DNA of 59,324 nucleotides, counting the filler. It is 5 parts of 5 records of this genome, joined end to end, with 100 filler letters (N's around TTAATTAATTAA, not from the genome) between each part and the next. Parts side by side here need not be neighbours in the genome. Positions count along the whole stretch, not along the records: positions 1 to 16,802 come from DRR723986_1871; positions 16,903 to 22,086 come from DRR723986_1881; 3 more parts are not named here. The stretch is one strand, 5' to 3'. Below, in pieces: positions 8,947 to 18,619 of this stretch. The notes under the pieces were generated by a model. It searched no databases. It saw only the letters and a program-made list of their open reading frames with translations, and was not told where the DNA came from. The position numbers were made by a program, and so were the translations under genes. Numbering within the stretch: position 1 is the first letter of the stretch; each line of letters begins with the position of its first letter.

Positions 8947-9513
8947 ATGGGCGAATTGATCGGATACGCAAGAGTCAGCAGTAAAGGTCAGGACCTGACC
9001 ATACAGACCGACGCCCTGACGGGCGCAGGTGTTCATTCAGACCATCTTTACTCAGAGAAGATCAGTGGAACCAAACGAATGGGACGCGCCGCACTGGACG
9101 ACATGCTGTCACGTGGAATCCGCAAGGGCGATACCGTCGTCGTGACGCGGCTGGACCGGTTGGCACGTTCGACGCGCGATCTTCACAACATCGCTCACAT
9201 TCTGAGTGAGAAAGGTGTGGGTCTCCGGGTGCTGGAACAGAACATCGACACTACCACGCCAGAGGGTCGCATGTTCTTTACAATGCTCTCCGCAGTCGCT
9301 GAGTTTGAGACTGAGATACGCAAAGCCCGCCAACGTGAAGGTATCGATGCTGCTTTGGCCAAGGGGGCTGACAGCCCATTCAAAGGGCGTCCGGCCACCA
9401 TTGATGTTGAAAAGGTTGCTGACCTGCGTCAGCAGGGCAAGACGCCAACGGCAATCGCCAAAGAGCTTGGGATCGCCCGCTCATCAGTCTACCGATACCT
9501 CCAATCGAAATAA
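8947..9513 (+). CDS. serine resolvase/invertase
   Basis: IGYARVSS catalytic motif, VVTRLDRLARS, C-terminal GRP + HTH (IAKELGIARSSVYRY). Confidence 0.95.
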   Translation: MGELIGYARVSSKGQDLTIQTDALTGAGVHSDHLYSEKISGTKRMGRAALDDMLSRGIRKGDTVVVTRLDRLARSTRDLHNIAHILSEKGVGLRVLEQNIDTTTPEGRMFFTMLSAVAEFETEIRKARQREGIDAALAKGADSPFKGRPATIDVEKVADLRQQGKTPTAIAKELGIARSSVYRYLQSK

Positions 9514-9945
9514 TGCAGGACACTGAAAAAGGTGATTTCCTCTGTGTTCAGGGTGGTTGAAGTTGGCGTTTTTGCTTAAGCCCCTGACAAGGCAAAATAA
9601 TTCTGGGACCCGTAGAGGGAGGCGTCGACTCTCAGCCTAATTTTGACGGGCGCTGAGGCCCGCTACAAGTGCATGTTTTCCCTTTCATTTCTGTGGGTAG
9701 GAAACATTTCTGGATTATGAGACACCCCCATGTTTCAGAAAATACCGGCCTATAAAAAATTTCAAAATTTCTGAAAAACACTTAACATTCTTGCATTCCT
9801 GACAGGCCCCATGGCCTCGGTGACGTCTGCAGTTTGCCATTCCTGTCGTGAAATTATTTCTGAGACTATATTGGATGGGCTGGAAGCCACACCCCCAGAA
9901 GTTGTAGGTTGAGCAAAATCAAAACATTCGGAACGAGGCAGCGCA

Positions 9946-11979
9946 TTGGAACACATCGGAAATCTGGAACGGCGGCTTTGGACATCAGCGGATGTTCTGC
10001 GATCCACTTCAAACTTTGCGAGCAACGAATACTTCATGCCGGTGATGGGGTTGATCTTTCTCCGTCACGCATGTTCCCGCTTTCTGAAAGTTCGGGATGA
10101 GATCATTCCTACGCTACCAAGTCGCGGCGGCAAAACGCGGGACCTGACCAAGGCGGACTTTTCCAGCAGAAGCTCGATATTCCTGCGGCCAGAGGCACAA
10201 TTCGATTACCTCGTGAGTCTGCCCGAGGGTCAGAGCGCATCTGCCGCTGTCATCCATGCGATGGAGACCATCGAAGAAGACTATGAAACGCTCGCTGGCC
10301 TCCTCCCTAAGCAGGAATACGAAGAACTTGATGACGACGCCTTGCGGCAAGTTCTGCGCATCTTCAATGACCCCGCGCTGCAAAAAGCTGATGGCGATGT
10401 CTTTGGGCGCATCTATGAATATTTCCTGACCCAGTTCGCCGATCAGAAAGCACACGACAATGGCGAATTCTTCACACCGATCAGTATCGTCGAAACCATC
10501 GTAAACGTTATTGAACCGACACGCGGCAAGGTCATCGACCCAGCCTGTGGTTCCGGCGGCATGTTCGTGCAGTCGGCGCATTTCGTCGAGGCGATGAAGG
10601 CCAACCCAAACGAACAGCTCACCTTTTACGGGATGGAAAAGAACCCGACCACACTTCGTCTTGCCAAGATGAACCTCGCAGTTCACGGGTTGGAAGGAGA
10701 TATCCAGAAAGCGATCAGCTACTACGAGGACCCACACAAAGACCAAGGGCCGTTTGACTATGTTATGGCCAATCCACCCTTCAATGTGGATGAGATTGAC
10801 GCCGAAAAGATGAAAGATGACAAACGTCTGTCCTTTGGCCTTCCCGGCGTAAACAAAGGCGGCAAGGTCTCCAACGGCAACTACGTTTGGATGTCGTTCT
10901 TCCATTCTTATCTGTCCGAACGTGGACGAGCAGGCATTGTCATGTCGTCGCAGGCGTCCTCGGCTGGAGGGCAAGAGGCCAAAGTGCGCGAGGCAATGGT
11001 CAAGACAGGCGATATCGACATCATGTTCGCGATTAGGGGTAACTTTTTCTACACACGTACCGTGCCCTGCGAAATCTGGTTTATGGACAAGGGTAAACCA
11101 GAGCACCTGCGCGACAAGGTGCTGATGCTAGATGCACGCCATGTCTTCCGGAAGGTGACACGCAAGATTTTCGATTTCTCGCCCGAACAGATGCATAACT
11201 TGTCTGCCATCGTCTGGCTTTACCGGGGGCAAGAGGACCGGTTCGCAAGTCTGGTGCAAGACTATTTAACCACTGCACGGGCAGAGGCTCAGGGTTCGGA
11301 GTTCGCCGATCTGTTCAGCGCGTTTGAAACTGCATTGAACTACTTCACCAAGCACACGGACACGGCGGAGTTGAAGGCGGGTGTCGACAAGCTGAAAACC
11401 GATGCGGGTGATTACATATCAGCAACTAAGGCATTGGCAGAACCAAACGCCGATATCGCATCTCTTGTAGAGTCCCGCTCAACAATGGAGCAGGTTGCGG
11501 ATCAGGCCAAGGTGCTTGTCAGGGAAATCGACCATCTAGCGAAGCTGACTCAGAAGGCGCAGGAAGCAACAATTGCAAAAGGTGAGAAGGCCGCTGTGGG
11601 GAAGAGGCTGCTAGCTGCGATAGCGGAGGCGCGGGTGCCGTTGACAGGTGATCCAGAACAGCATCTGACGGTGACCGGCAGCTTGAAGCGCTCTCGGTAT
11701 TTCGAGGGGCAAGCAGAATGGTTGCTGTCGCGTTTTCCTGAAGGCAAGCTGCGCGATGTTGAAGGTCTGGTAAAACTGGTGGATCAGGAAGAACTGGCCG
11801 CCAATGACTTCAGCTTAACACCGGGGCGCTATGTGGGAGTGGCACCGGAAGAGGATGACGAAGATTTTGATTTCGATGAGACGATCAAGGAAATCCATCT
11901 AGAGATTGAAACCTTGAATGCCGAGGCCGCAGAGCTGGCAGAGACCATCGCCAAGAACTTTGAAGAGCTGATCGTATGA
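9946..11979 (+). CDS. hsdM: type I R-M methyltransferase subunit
   Basis: GEFFTP, DPACGSGG (SAM binding), NPPF catalytic motif, C-terminal SLTPGRYVG; TTG start with GAGG RBS. Confidence 0.95.
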   Translation: MEHIGNLERRLWTSADVLRSTSNFASNEYFMPVMGLIFLRHACSRFLKVRDEIIPTLPSRGGKTRDLTKADFSSRSSIFLRPEAQFDYLVSLPEGQSASAAVIHAMETIEEDYETLAGLLPKQEYEELDDDALRQVLRIFNDPALQKADGDVFGRIYEYFLTQFADQKAHDNGEFFTPISIVETIVNVIEPTRGKVIDPACGSGGMFVQSAHFVEAMKANPNEQLTFYGMEKNPTTLRLAKMNLAVHGLEGDIQKAISYYEDPHKDQGPFDYVMANPPFNVDEIDAEKMKDDKRLSFGLPGVNKGGKVSNGNYVWMSFFHSYLSERGRAGIVMSSQASSAGGQEAKVREAMVKTGDIDIMFAIRGNFFYTRTVPCEIWFMDKGKPEHLRDKVLMLDARHVFRKVTRKIFDFSPEQMHNLSAIVWLYRGQEDRFASLVQDYLTTARAEAQGSEFADLFSAFETALNYFTKHTDTAELKAGVDKLKTDAGDYISATKALAEPNADIASLVESRSTMEQVADQAKVLVREIDHLAKLTQKAQEATIAKGEKAAVGKRLLAAIAEARVPLTGDPEQHLTVTGSLKRSRYFEGQAEWLLSRFPEGKLRDVEGLVKLVDQEELAANDFSLTPGRYVGVAPEEDDEDFDFDETIKEIHLEIETLNAEAAELAETIAKNFEELIV

Positions 11980-13106
11980 GCTGGGCTGAAGCTTCGATAG
12001 AGGAACTCTGCGAAAGAGTCGCCAGTGGTGGTACACCAAAGCGCTCGCAGAACGAGTATTGGGAAAATGGGACCATTCCTTGGTTGAAGACTGGAGAATT
12101 GAACGACGGCTATGTCTATAGCGCTGAGGAATTGATCTCAGTGGCAGGAATTAAAAACTCTTCAGCAAAACTATTTCCGAGAAATACCGTGCTGATGGCA
12201 ATGTACGGAGACGGAAAAACCATTACAACATTGTCAATTCTCGGTACCGCGTCTGCAACCAATCAAGCCTGTGCCGCAATGATCGCCGATCCTACGGTCT
12301 GCGACTACCGTTTCTTATTCTATAGCTTGAAAAGACATAGACACAAACTGCTTAAACTTGTGGTTGCCGGTGCTCAGAGGAACCTTAGCCTTGGCATAAT
12401 CAAGAAGTTCTCGATTCCAGTTCCCGACCTCCCCACCCAAAAGCGCATCGCAACGATCCTCTCAGCCTATGACGTCTTGATCGAAAACAACCGGCGGCGG
12501 GTTGCGTTGTTGGAACAAACGGCGCGGCTGCTCTATCGAGAATGGTTCGTCCATTTCCGCTTTCCCGGCCATGAGACCGCAAACTTCTTTGATGGGCTGC
12601 CGGAGGGGTGGGAGACAAGGACCATCGGTGATCACTGCCCGTTTGTTTACGGAAAGGCGCTCAGGGCAGACACTCGGACGGCAGGTATGATTGATGTATA
12701 CGGTTCCAGTGGGATTGTTGGCAGCCACAATAAGGAACTCGTGAAAGCAAACGCAATTGTCGTTGGTCGAAAAGGTAATGTTGGAAGCGTTTTCTGGGCA
12801 CAAAGGGACTTTTGGCCAATTGATACCGTCTATTACATCGTGCCGGAGAAAAGCGACTATTTCACATATTTTGCTTTGCAAAACGTCACCTTCATTAACA
12901 CGGACGTTGCGGTTCCCGGACTGAACCGCGACTTCGCGCACAGCCGTGAACTCTCTATTCCGGATGATGACCTACTTTCGGAATTCAATCTGATTGCCGC
13001 GGGGTTCATGAAGCAAATCAGACTTCTATCAAGCGCTAATGATAACCTCACCAAAGCCCGCGACCTTCTTCTCCCGCGCCTGATGGATGGACGCCTTCCC
13101 GTATAA
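11976..13106 (+). CDS. hsdS: type I R-M specificity subunit
   Basis: Two TRDs separated by conserved PDLPTQKRIATILSAYD...LYREWFV; ends ARDLLLPRLM; ATGA overlap with hsdM. Confidence 0.95.
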   Translation: MSWAEASIEELCERVASGGTPKRSQNEYWENGTIPWLKTGELNDGYVYSAEELISVAGIKNSSAKLFPRNTVLMAMYGDGKTITTLSILGTASATNQACAAMIADPTVCDYRFLFYSLKRHRHKLLKLVVAGAQRNLSLGIIKKFSIPVPDLPTQKRIATILSAYDVLIENNRRRVALLEQTARLLYREWFVHFRFPGHETANFFDGLPEGWETRTIGDHCPFVYGKALRADTRTAGMIDVYGSSGIVGSHNKELVKANAIVVGRKGNVGSVFWAQRDFWPIDTVYYIVPEKSDYFTYFALQNVTFINTDVAVPGLNRDFAHSRELSIPDDDLLSEFNLIAAGFMKQIRLLSSANDNLTKARDLLLPRLMDGRLPV

Positions 13107-13121
13107 GTGTAGTATTTTTGT

Positions 13122-16100
13122 ATGAACGATTTCACCGAAGACCAATTGGTCCAGACGACCATGGCCGACTACCTGCACGATGTGCATGGCTGGCGCTCTG
13201 TCATGGCGTGGAACAAAGAGACATTCGGCCCTGAGGGCACGTTTGGGCGTCGCTCTGACAAAGACGTGGTACTGACCCGCTATCTGTCTGAAGCGCTGGT
13301 CAAACTGAACCCCGGTCTGCCTGATGTGGCCTATAAACAGGCCTTGCGAGAGATTACCGAAATCTTCGGCTCTCAATCTCTGATCCGCATCAATCAGGAC
13401 AAATATGCCTTGGTCCGCGACGGGGTGAAGGTGAAGTTTCGCCAAAGCGGCGAGCAGAAGGTCGAACGCCTGCGTGTGTTCGATTACGACGCGCCCGAAA
13501 ACAACGACTTCCTATGTGTCCGGGAAATGTGGATACGCGGTTATGCCCACCGACGGCGTGCCGATATCATCGGTTTCGTCAACGGCCTTCCGCTGATGTT
13601 CTGCGAACTGAAGCGCCCCGACAAAGACCTGCGCCGTGCCTACAACGAGAACCTGAGCGATTATAAAGACGCCATCCCCCATCTGTTCCACTTCAACGCA
13701 TTTGTCATTTTGGGCAATGGTGAGAAGGCAAAGATGGGGTCGATCAGCGCGGATTATGAACACTTTGCAGATTGGCTGAAGTTGGGTGAGGGCGACCGGC
13801 GGGACGAGATGCTGCCGATGGAGGCGCTTCTCAAGATTGTGTGTGACAAACGGCGGTTTTTGGACCTGTTCGAGAACTTTATCCTTTTTGCAGACAGGGC
13901 TAGCGGCCCTGCAAAGATTGTAGCCAAGAACCACCAGTACCTTGGTGTGAACCGCGCCGTTGAGGCGGTGGAGAAGCGTGATAGCTTGAACGGGAAGCTG
14001 GGGGTGTTCTGGCACACGCAGGGGTCGGGAAAGTCATTTTCGATGGTCCTGTTCACTCAGAAGGTTCATCGCAAGCTTGGTGGCGACTTCACCTTCCTTG
14101 TGTTGACCGACCGCACCGATCTGGACAATCAGATTTACAAAACCTTCTCTTCTGTTGGGCTTGCCAATAACGATAAAGACCCGTGCCGTGCCGGATCGGC
14201 CAAAGGCTTGCGTGATCTTCTTGGCCAGCAGAAGAAGGTCGTCTTTACGATGATCCAGAAGTTTACCGACGCAGAGGCCGAAGGTGGGGTTTATTCAGAT
14301 CGGGACAATGTGATCGTCATGACTGACGAGGCACACCGCACCCAGTACGGCACCTTGGCGCTGAACATGCGCAAAGGACTACCCAACGCCAACTTCATCG
14401 GTTTCACAGGCACGCCTCTGTTCGCCAATGACGAAATCACAAAGCAGGTATTCGGCGAGTATCTGTCAACATATGACTTTCAGGATGCAATCGAAGATGG
14501 AGCGACTCTGCCGCTGTTCTACGATGCCCGGGGAGATAAGCTTCAGGTTTCGGGCAATGGGCTGAATGAAAAGCTTGCAGAGGCCATCGCAGATGCTGAG
14601 ATCGACGACCCCGATGTTGCGGCAAAACTCTCAGACGATCTGAAACGCGAATACCATGTGGTGACCGCTGAGCCTCGTCTTCGGCATGTGGCCAATGATT
14701 TCGCTTGGCACATCTCGACCAATTGGGAGAGCGGTAAGGCCATGTTCGTGGCCATTGATAAGATCACTGCCGTCCGCATGCATAACTACGTTCAGGAGGC
14801 TTGGCAGGACCGCATCGATGCGCTCGAGCAGGAGCTGAAAACGGTCACGGATGATCAGGAAAGGGTCATTCGGGGACAACAGCTTGAGTGGATGCGCGAG
14901 ACCCAAATGGCGGTCGTCGTCAGTGACGAGCAAAACGAGATTAAGAAGTTCAAAGATTGGGGTTTGGACATCATCCCACACCGAAAGCGGATGAAGGACG
15001 GATTTACAGTCAAGGAGATGGTAGGAGGTCGCGAAGTCGAAAAACGACTGGATGCCGATACTGCGTTCAAGCGCGAAGATCATCCGTTCCGTATCGTTTT
15101 CGTCTGCGCGATGTGGCTGACTGGATTTGACGTCCCTTCGCTCTCCACGCTCTATCTCGACAAGCCTTTACAGGCCCATACGCTTATGCAGGCCATCGCT
15201 CGTGCTAACCGCGTGAAAGAGGGCAAGAACAATGGTCTGGTTATCGACTATTGCGGCATCCTAAAAAATTTACGCAAGGCGCTTGCCACATTTGCGGGTC
15301 ATACCGGAGGAGGCCCTGTTGGTGGCGGTGAAGAGGGCGGAGGCACAGATGTCGACCCCCTCAACCCCGAGGACAAGCTGCTTGGAGAGCTTGTTGAGGC
15401 AATCGGGTTGGTGCGAGAGCGCCTTAGGGACGAGGGGTATGACCTCGACCGGATGAAGTCGGCGACGGGGTTCGACAAGCTGAAAGCCCTCAAGGACGCC
15501 AAAGAGCTTATCAATACTAACGACGAGACCCGGAAAGGTTTTGAGATCGCCGCGCGCGCAGTATTCCGAAAGTACAAGGCGTGCCTGACCTTTGCTCGGG
15601 TCGAAACCTATAAGCCTGAATACCAAGCCATCAACTACATCTACAGCTCTCTGCAAGAAGACAAATCTGCAGCGGACACAACGGCGATCATTCAAAAGCT
15701 GAACGAGATTGTTGCCGAAGCCATCGATATACAGCCCGATAGCGAAGGCGACCGCATTTTCGATATATCAAAGGTCAACTTTGAACTTTTGCGTATGGAA
15801 TTTGCCAAGAGTGAACGAAAAGCCAGTGACGTGCAGGACTTACGCAGTGTCATTCAGAAACGCCTTGCCAAAATGCTCGCCGACAACCCCACTCTGAATG
15901 ACTTTCAGGAACGCTTCGGAGAAATCGTCTCCGAGTACAACAAAGAAAAAGACAAGAATACCATTGAAGCCACCTTCGAAGCCCTGATGCGCCTCACAGC
16001 GGAAATGGAAGCTGAGGCGCAGGCCCATGTCGCGCTTGGTCTTACAGCAGATCAGAAACCTGTGTTCGACTTGTTGGTGCGTGATGACCTGACAAAGGAG

Positions 16101-16355
16101 GAAATTCGGCAAATCAAGTCTGCATCCGTTGAGCTTCTCAAGGCTATCCAGCGCAAGATTGAAGAGGTGCAGGATGTTTTCCAAAAGCAGGGCACGAGAG
16201 ATGGGCTTAAGCAGGAGATCTATGACCTGCTCTATGATGAACGAACTGGTCTACCAGCTTCAAAGTACGACGATGATGCCTTGGATTTGAAAACGGACGC
16301 ACTCTTCCAGTTCTTCGAAAACAGATACTCATCTTCAGCAGCTCACACAGCTTAA
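13122..16355 (+). CDS. hsdR: type I R-M restriction subunit
   Basis: [19 protein letters not shown] nuclease motif, HTQGSGKS Walker [28 protein letters not shown]. Confidence 0.95.
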   Translation: MNDFTEDQLVQTTMADYLHDVHGWRSVMAWNKETFGPEGTFGRRSDKDVVLTRYLSEALVKLNPGLPDVAYKQALREITEIFGSQSLIRINQDKYALVRDGVKVKFRQSGEQKVERLRVFDYDAPENNDFLCVREMWIRGYAHRRRADIIGFVNGLPLMFCELKRPDKDLRRAYNENLSDYKDAIPHLFHFNAFVILGNGEKAKMGSISADYEHFADWLKLGEGDRRDEMLPMEALLKIVCDKRRFLDLFENFILFADRASGPAKIVAKNHQYLGVNRAVEAVEKRDSLNGKLGVFWHTQGSGKSFSMVLFTQKVHRKLGGDFTFLVLTDRTDLDNQIYKTFSSVGLANNDKDPCRAGSAKGLRDLLGQQKKVVFTMIQKFTDAEAEGGVYSDRDNVIVMTDEAHRTQYGTLALNMRKGLPNANFIGFTGTPLFANDEITKQVFGEYLSTYDFQDAIEDGATLPLFYDARGDKLQVSGNGLNEKLAEAIADAEIDDPDVAAKLSDDLKREYHVVTAEPRLRHVANDFAWHISTNWESGKAMFVAIDKITAVRMHNYVQEAWQDRIDALEQELKTVTDDQERVIRGQQLEWMRETQMAVVVSDEQNEIKKFKDWGLDIIPHRKRMKDGFTVKEMVGGREVEKRLDADTAFKREDHPFRIVFVCAMWLTGFDVPSLSTLYLDKPLQAHTLMQAIARANRVKEGKNNGLVIDYCGILKNLRKALATFAGHTGGGPVGGGEEGGGTDVDPLNPEDKLLGELVEAIGLVRERLRDEGYDLDRMKSATGFDKLKALKDAKELINTNDETRKGFEIAARAVFRKYKACLTFARVETYKPEYQAINYIYSSLQEDKSAADTTAIIQKLNEIVAEAIDIQPDSEGDRIFDISKVNFELLRMEFAKSERKASDVQDLRSVIQKRLAKMLADNPTLNDFQERFGEIVSEYNKEKDKNTIEATFEALMRLTAEMEAEAQAHVALGLTADQKPVFDLLVRDDLTKEEIRQIKSASVELLKAIQRKIEEVQDVFQKQGTRDGLKQEIYDLLYDERTGLPASKYDDDALDLKTDALFQFFENRYSSSAAHTA

Positions 16356-16395
16356 CGTGATGCAGCTCAGGCTTGCTTGTTCTTGATTTTGAGGG

Positions 16396-16431
16396 CGTGC
16401 AACATCGTGCAGGATTGCACGAAAATTACAC
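16396..16431. repeat. right arm-type site array
   Basis: GTGCA 16397, GTGCA 16407, TGCAC 16416, TACAC 16427; same spacing as the left array. Confidence 0.7.
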
Positions 16432-16504
16432 TGTTTGCCAATATGTTGCAGATATGCTTGTGCAATATGATTCGAATCATCCCAAATATTATGGATGGTA
16501 AATT

Positions 16505-16555
16505 TCTTTGGGAGGCAGGGGCCGCGAGTTCGAATCTCTCCACTCCGACCAAATT
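16505..16555 (+). pseudogene. degenerate 3' half of tRNA-Pro(TGG)-like sequence; attR
   Basis: TTTGGGA anticodon-loop-like sequence then GCGAG-TTCGAAT-CTCTC-CACTCCGACCA; no 5' half; mismatched T-stem. Confidence 0.75.
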
Positions 16556-16556
16556 A

Positions 16557-16569
16557 AATCAAGTACTTA
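16557..16569 (+). promoter_or_regulatory. IHF-type site just outside attR
   Basis: AATCAAGTACTTA fits WATCAANNNNTTR. Confidence 0.55.
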
Positions 16570-16773
16570 CGTGGAATATCAAAATCGCTGATGCGGCTAC
16601 GCATTGGGGAAATCTTTGGCCATTCCCAAGCCCAATCCAGCCCCTAGCACTGCCGCCTTGAAGCCCGATAAAGGGGGCTAATTTGGTGGAGATTGAGCCA
16701 CATTTGGCACAGGAAAATCCTGACAGATTGATCAGAACGATCAAGGCAATAAGTTACTATATCTGGGGGTATA

Positions 16774-16802
16774 TGGTGGGTCGTGAGAGGCTCGAACTCC
16801 CG
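16774..16802 (-). tRNA. 3' end of a tRNA (probably tRNA-Val), truncated at contig end
   Basis: Reverse complement CGGGAG-TTCGAGC-CTCTC-ACGACCC-A-CCA; identity inferred from recall, anticodon not visible. Confidence 0.7.
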
Positions 16803-16902
16803 NNNNNNNNNNNNNNNNNNNNNNNNNNNNNNNNNNNNNNNNNNNNTTAATTAATTAANNNNNNNNNNNNNNNNNNNNNNNNNNNNNNNNNNNNNNNNNN
16901 NN
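16803..16902. other. artificial contig spacer
   Basis: N44-TTAATTAATTAA-N44, stop codons in all six frames. Confidence 0.98.
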
Positions 16903-16906
16903 AAAC

Positions 16907-16926
16907 GGCTCGGAGAGCCGAGCGAC
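16907..16926 (-). repeat. REP-like palindromic element
   Basis: Minus strand GTCG followed by hairpin CTCGGCTCTCCGAG; lies at contig edge. Confidence 0.35.
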
Positions 16927-17046
16927 AATCGCGTGTGCCCCCAGATTGAAACTCTGGACGCGCTCGCGAGTCGGATTCAATTCGTCACGGACAGGGCTTG
17001 GTCGGCGACAAGCACCGACAGGGTTTGCCAGCTTCGCTGAGCAAAC

Positions 17047-17084
17047 GAAAAAGGCATGGTCAGCGGTTTGCTCACCATGCCTTT
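17047..17084 (-). terminator. Rho-independent terminator after PDZ gene
   Basis: AAAGGCATGGT...ACCATGCCTTT stem with T-run on the minus strand. Confidence 0.7.
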
Positions 17085-17139
17085 CATTTCGTTGTCGCTC
17101 AGCCGGAGTTATCGGAGATGCCCGCCGGCTTCGACAGAC

Positions 17140-18294
17140 TTACTTGTCGTCTAATTGCTTGCGAAGCTCTTTGATTTCGCTCTGAAGCTTCTCTACCAGA
17201 CTACGAAGTTCCTGGATTTCCTTGGCTCCCGCCGCTTTAGTCTCGGTGCGGCTACGAAGTGTGGAACGAATACGCTCTACGGCTTGCTTCGATTGCTCAC
17301 GAGCAGCCTTGGACTGTTCAGCGGCTTCTTTCGCGATAGCTGCAATGCGAGCCGAGACTTCATCGCTAGCGAGCACTTCCATGTCATTGCTACCCTTGCC
17401 GTAGATCGTGATCACATCAGCAATGGCTTCGTGTGCTTTCCCAAGATCAACCTTAACACCACCTTCAAGCAGTGGTCTTACCATCACACGAATGTCCTCC
17501 GGCAAGTCGCCAGCATCGTCGACTTCGTATTCCTCTACGTCGTCGCCCTGGGTGACCTTGACCTTCGCTGGCCCTTCACCCTCTTTGGTGACTGATACGC
17601 TAAACTTCTTGCCGTCTTCATCTCGATTAATAGTGACGTCGAAATCCTTATCACTGCCGAGCATCGCCGGAGCACCCAAACGTAATATCTTGAACTCGTC
17701 GCTGCCGAGCTTCTGCAGGAGCTCTTTGTCGATTTGCTTGGCTATGCTGCTGTCGTCCAGAATGATCCGCGAGCCCTGGATCTGAAGCTCCTTCATCTCC
17801 GGGCGCTCGGCGGGAGTGACACTGATCGCCTTTTCCTTGCCTTTGCTCAGAATCTTCAGCTTGATCTTTGACTTGTCTTCATCGTCTACTTCAGCCAAAA
17901 CCTCCAGCAACTGAGGCATCTCAACCAACTCGGTGTCATTCGCACTCAGAATAACGTCACCAGCATTGATGCCAGCCGCTTCCGCAGGACTATCTGGATA
18001 GACCGAGATGACGAAGATCCCGGACTCCTCGCCAAGGAAGGTCGCTAGGTCCCCTTCGACCTTCTTGAGTTGGATGCCCAGCCAACGCTTTGGCATCGGA
18101 ACACCAACACGAACTTGAACTTCCTTGTCGTCATCATCGTTGGCTACACTCTCGGTCTTGACGACGACTGCTATCTCTTTTTCCTGATCATCCTGCTGCG
18201 GCGAAAACGCCTGAGCTGGGGAAGACGCTGCCGAGGTAGCAACGACGCCGGCTACACCGAGTGCAATAAACTTCTTGAAGAGCGAACGAGACAT
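17140..18294 (-). CDS. secreted PDZ-domain protein with C-terminal coiled coil
   Basis: Signal peptide; WLGIQL...GIFVISVYPDSPAEAAGINAGDVILSAN PDZ signature; heptad-like tail; no trypsin GNSGG motif. Confidence 0.8.
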   Translation of the reverse strand: MSRSLFKKFIALGVAGVVATSAASSPAQAFSPQQDDQEKEIAVVVKTESVANDDDDKEVQVRVGVPMPKRWLGIQLKKVEGDLATFLGEESGIFVISVYPDSPAEAAGINAGDVILSANDTELVEMPQLLEVLAEVDDEDKSKIKLKILSKGKEKAISVTPAERPEMKELQIQGSRIILDDSSIAKQIDKELLQKLGSDEFKILRLGAPAMLGSDKDFDVTINRDEDGKKFSVSVTKEGEGPAKVKVTQGDDVEEYEVDDAGDLPEDIRVMVRPLLEGGVKVDLGKAHEAIADVITIYGKGSNDMEVLASDEVSARIAAIAKEAAEQSKAAREQSKQAVERIRSTLRSRTETKAAGAKEIQELRSLVEKLQSEIKELRKQLDDK

Positions 18295-18619
18295 AAACTA
18301 CTCCGAAACAGATATTTGAAAATGTGTATCAACTACTAAAAGGCCGCGACCAGCGTCCTATTCTTACTCTGGATGCATTTGCAAGGATTGTTGCCGAGCA
18401 GCGTGGGCTGTTTCACCAATTTGCAGCAAGAAACCAATTTCGTTTTGCTGTCAAAGCTCAGGACTGCCTAAGCCAACACATTACGGCTCCGAACGGAACA
18501 CTCGGCAAAGAACCCGGCGAAGCACTCAACGAAGAGCGCCTGCACCAGGCAGCCCCCCCCTGCATCGCCAACAAGCAGTACCGCGGAGCAGTGTCGCGTG
18601 AGATTGGCCGCAAGAAGAA

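Larger units (their letters stand above)
20..16555 (+). mobile_element. tRNA-Pro-integrated satellite-like element / defence island (int, primase-helicase, TIR, resolvase, type I RM)
   Basis: Direct repeat CACTCCGACCAAATT at 20-34 and 16541-16555; integrase immediately inside the left end; matching arm-site arrays inside both ends. Confidence 0.85.

Noticed and set aside
7775-16355. Calling the TIR gene a Thoeris, CBASS or SPARTA system
   Set aside because: No ThsA effector, cyclase or Argonaute partner is recognisable within the element
16505-16551. Intact tRNA-Pro gene
   Set aside because: No 5' acceptor strand or D-arm upstream, and the T-stem has a mismatch
1-16555. Prophage or ICE
   Set aside because: No structural, lysis, terminase, relaxase or T4SS genes recognised
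16367-16744. Short ORFs spanning attR
   Set aside because: They cross the arm sites and tRNA fragment and have no protein-like features
16803-16902. TTAATTAATTAA within N-runs (four copies in the window) as a biological repeat or CtrA-like site
   Set aside because: Identical 100-bp six-frame-stop linker; an assembly concatenation artefact. Adjacency of genes across linkers was therefore ignored.
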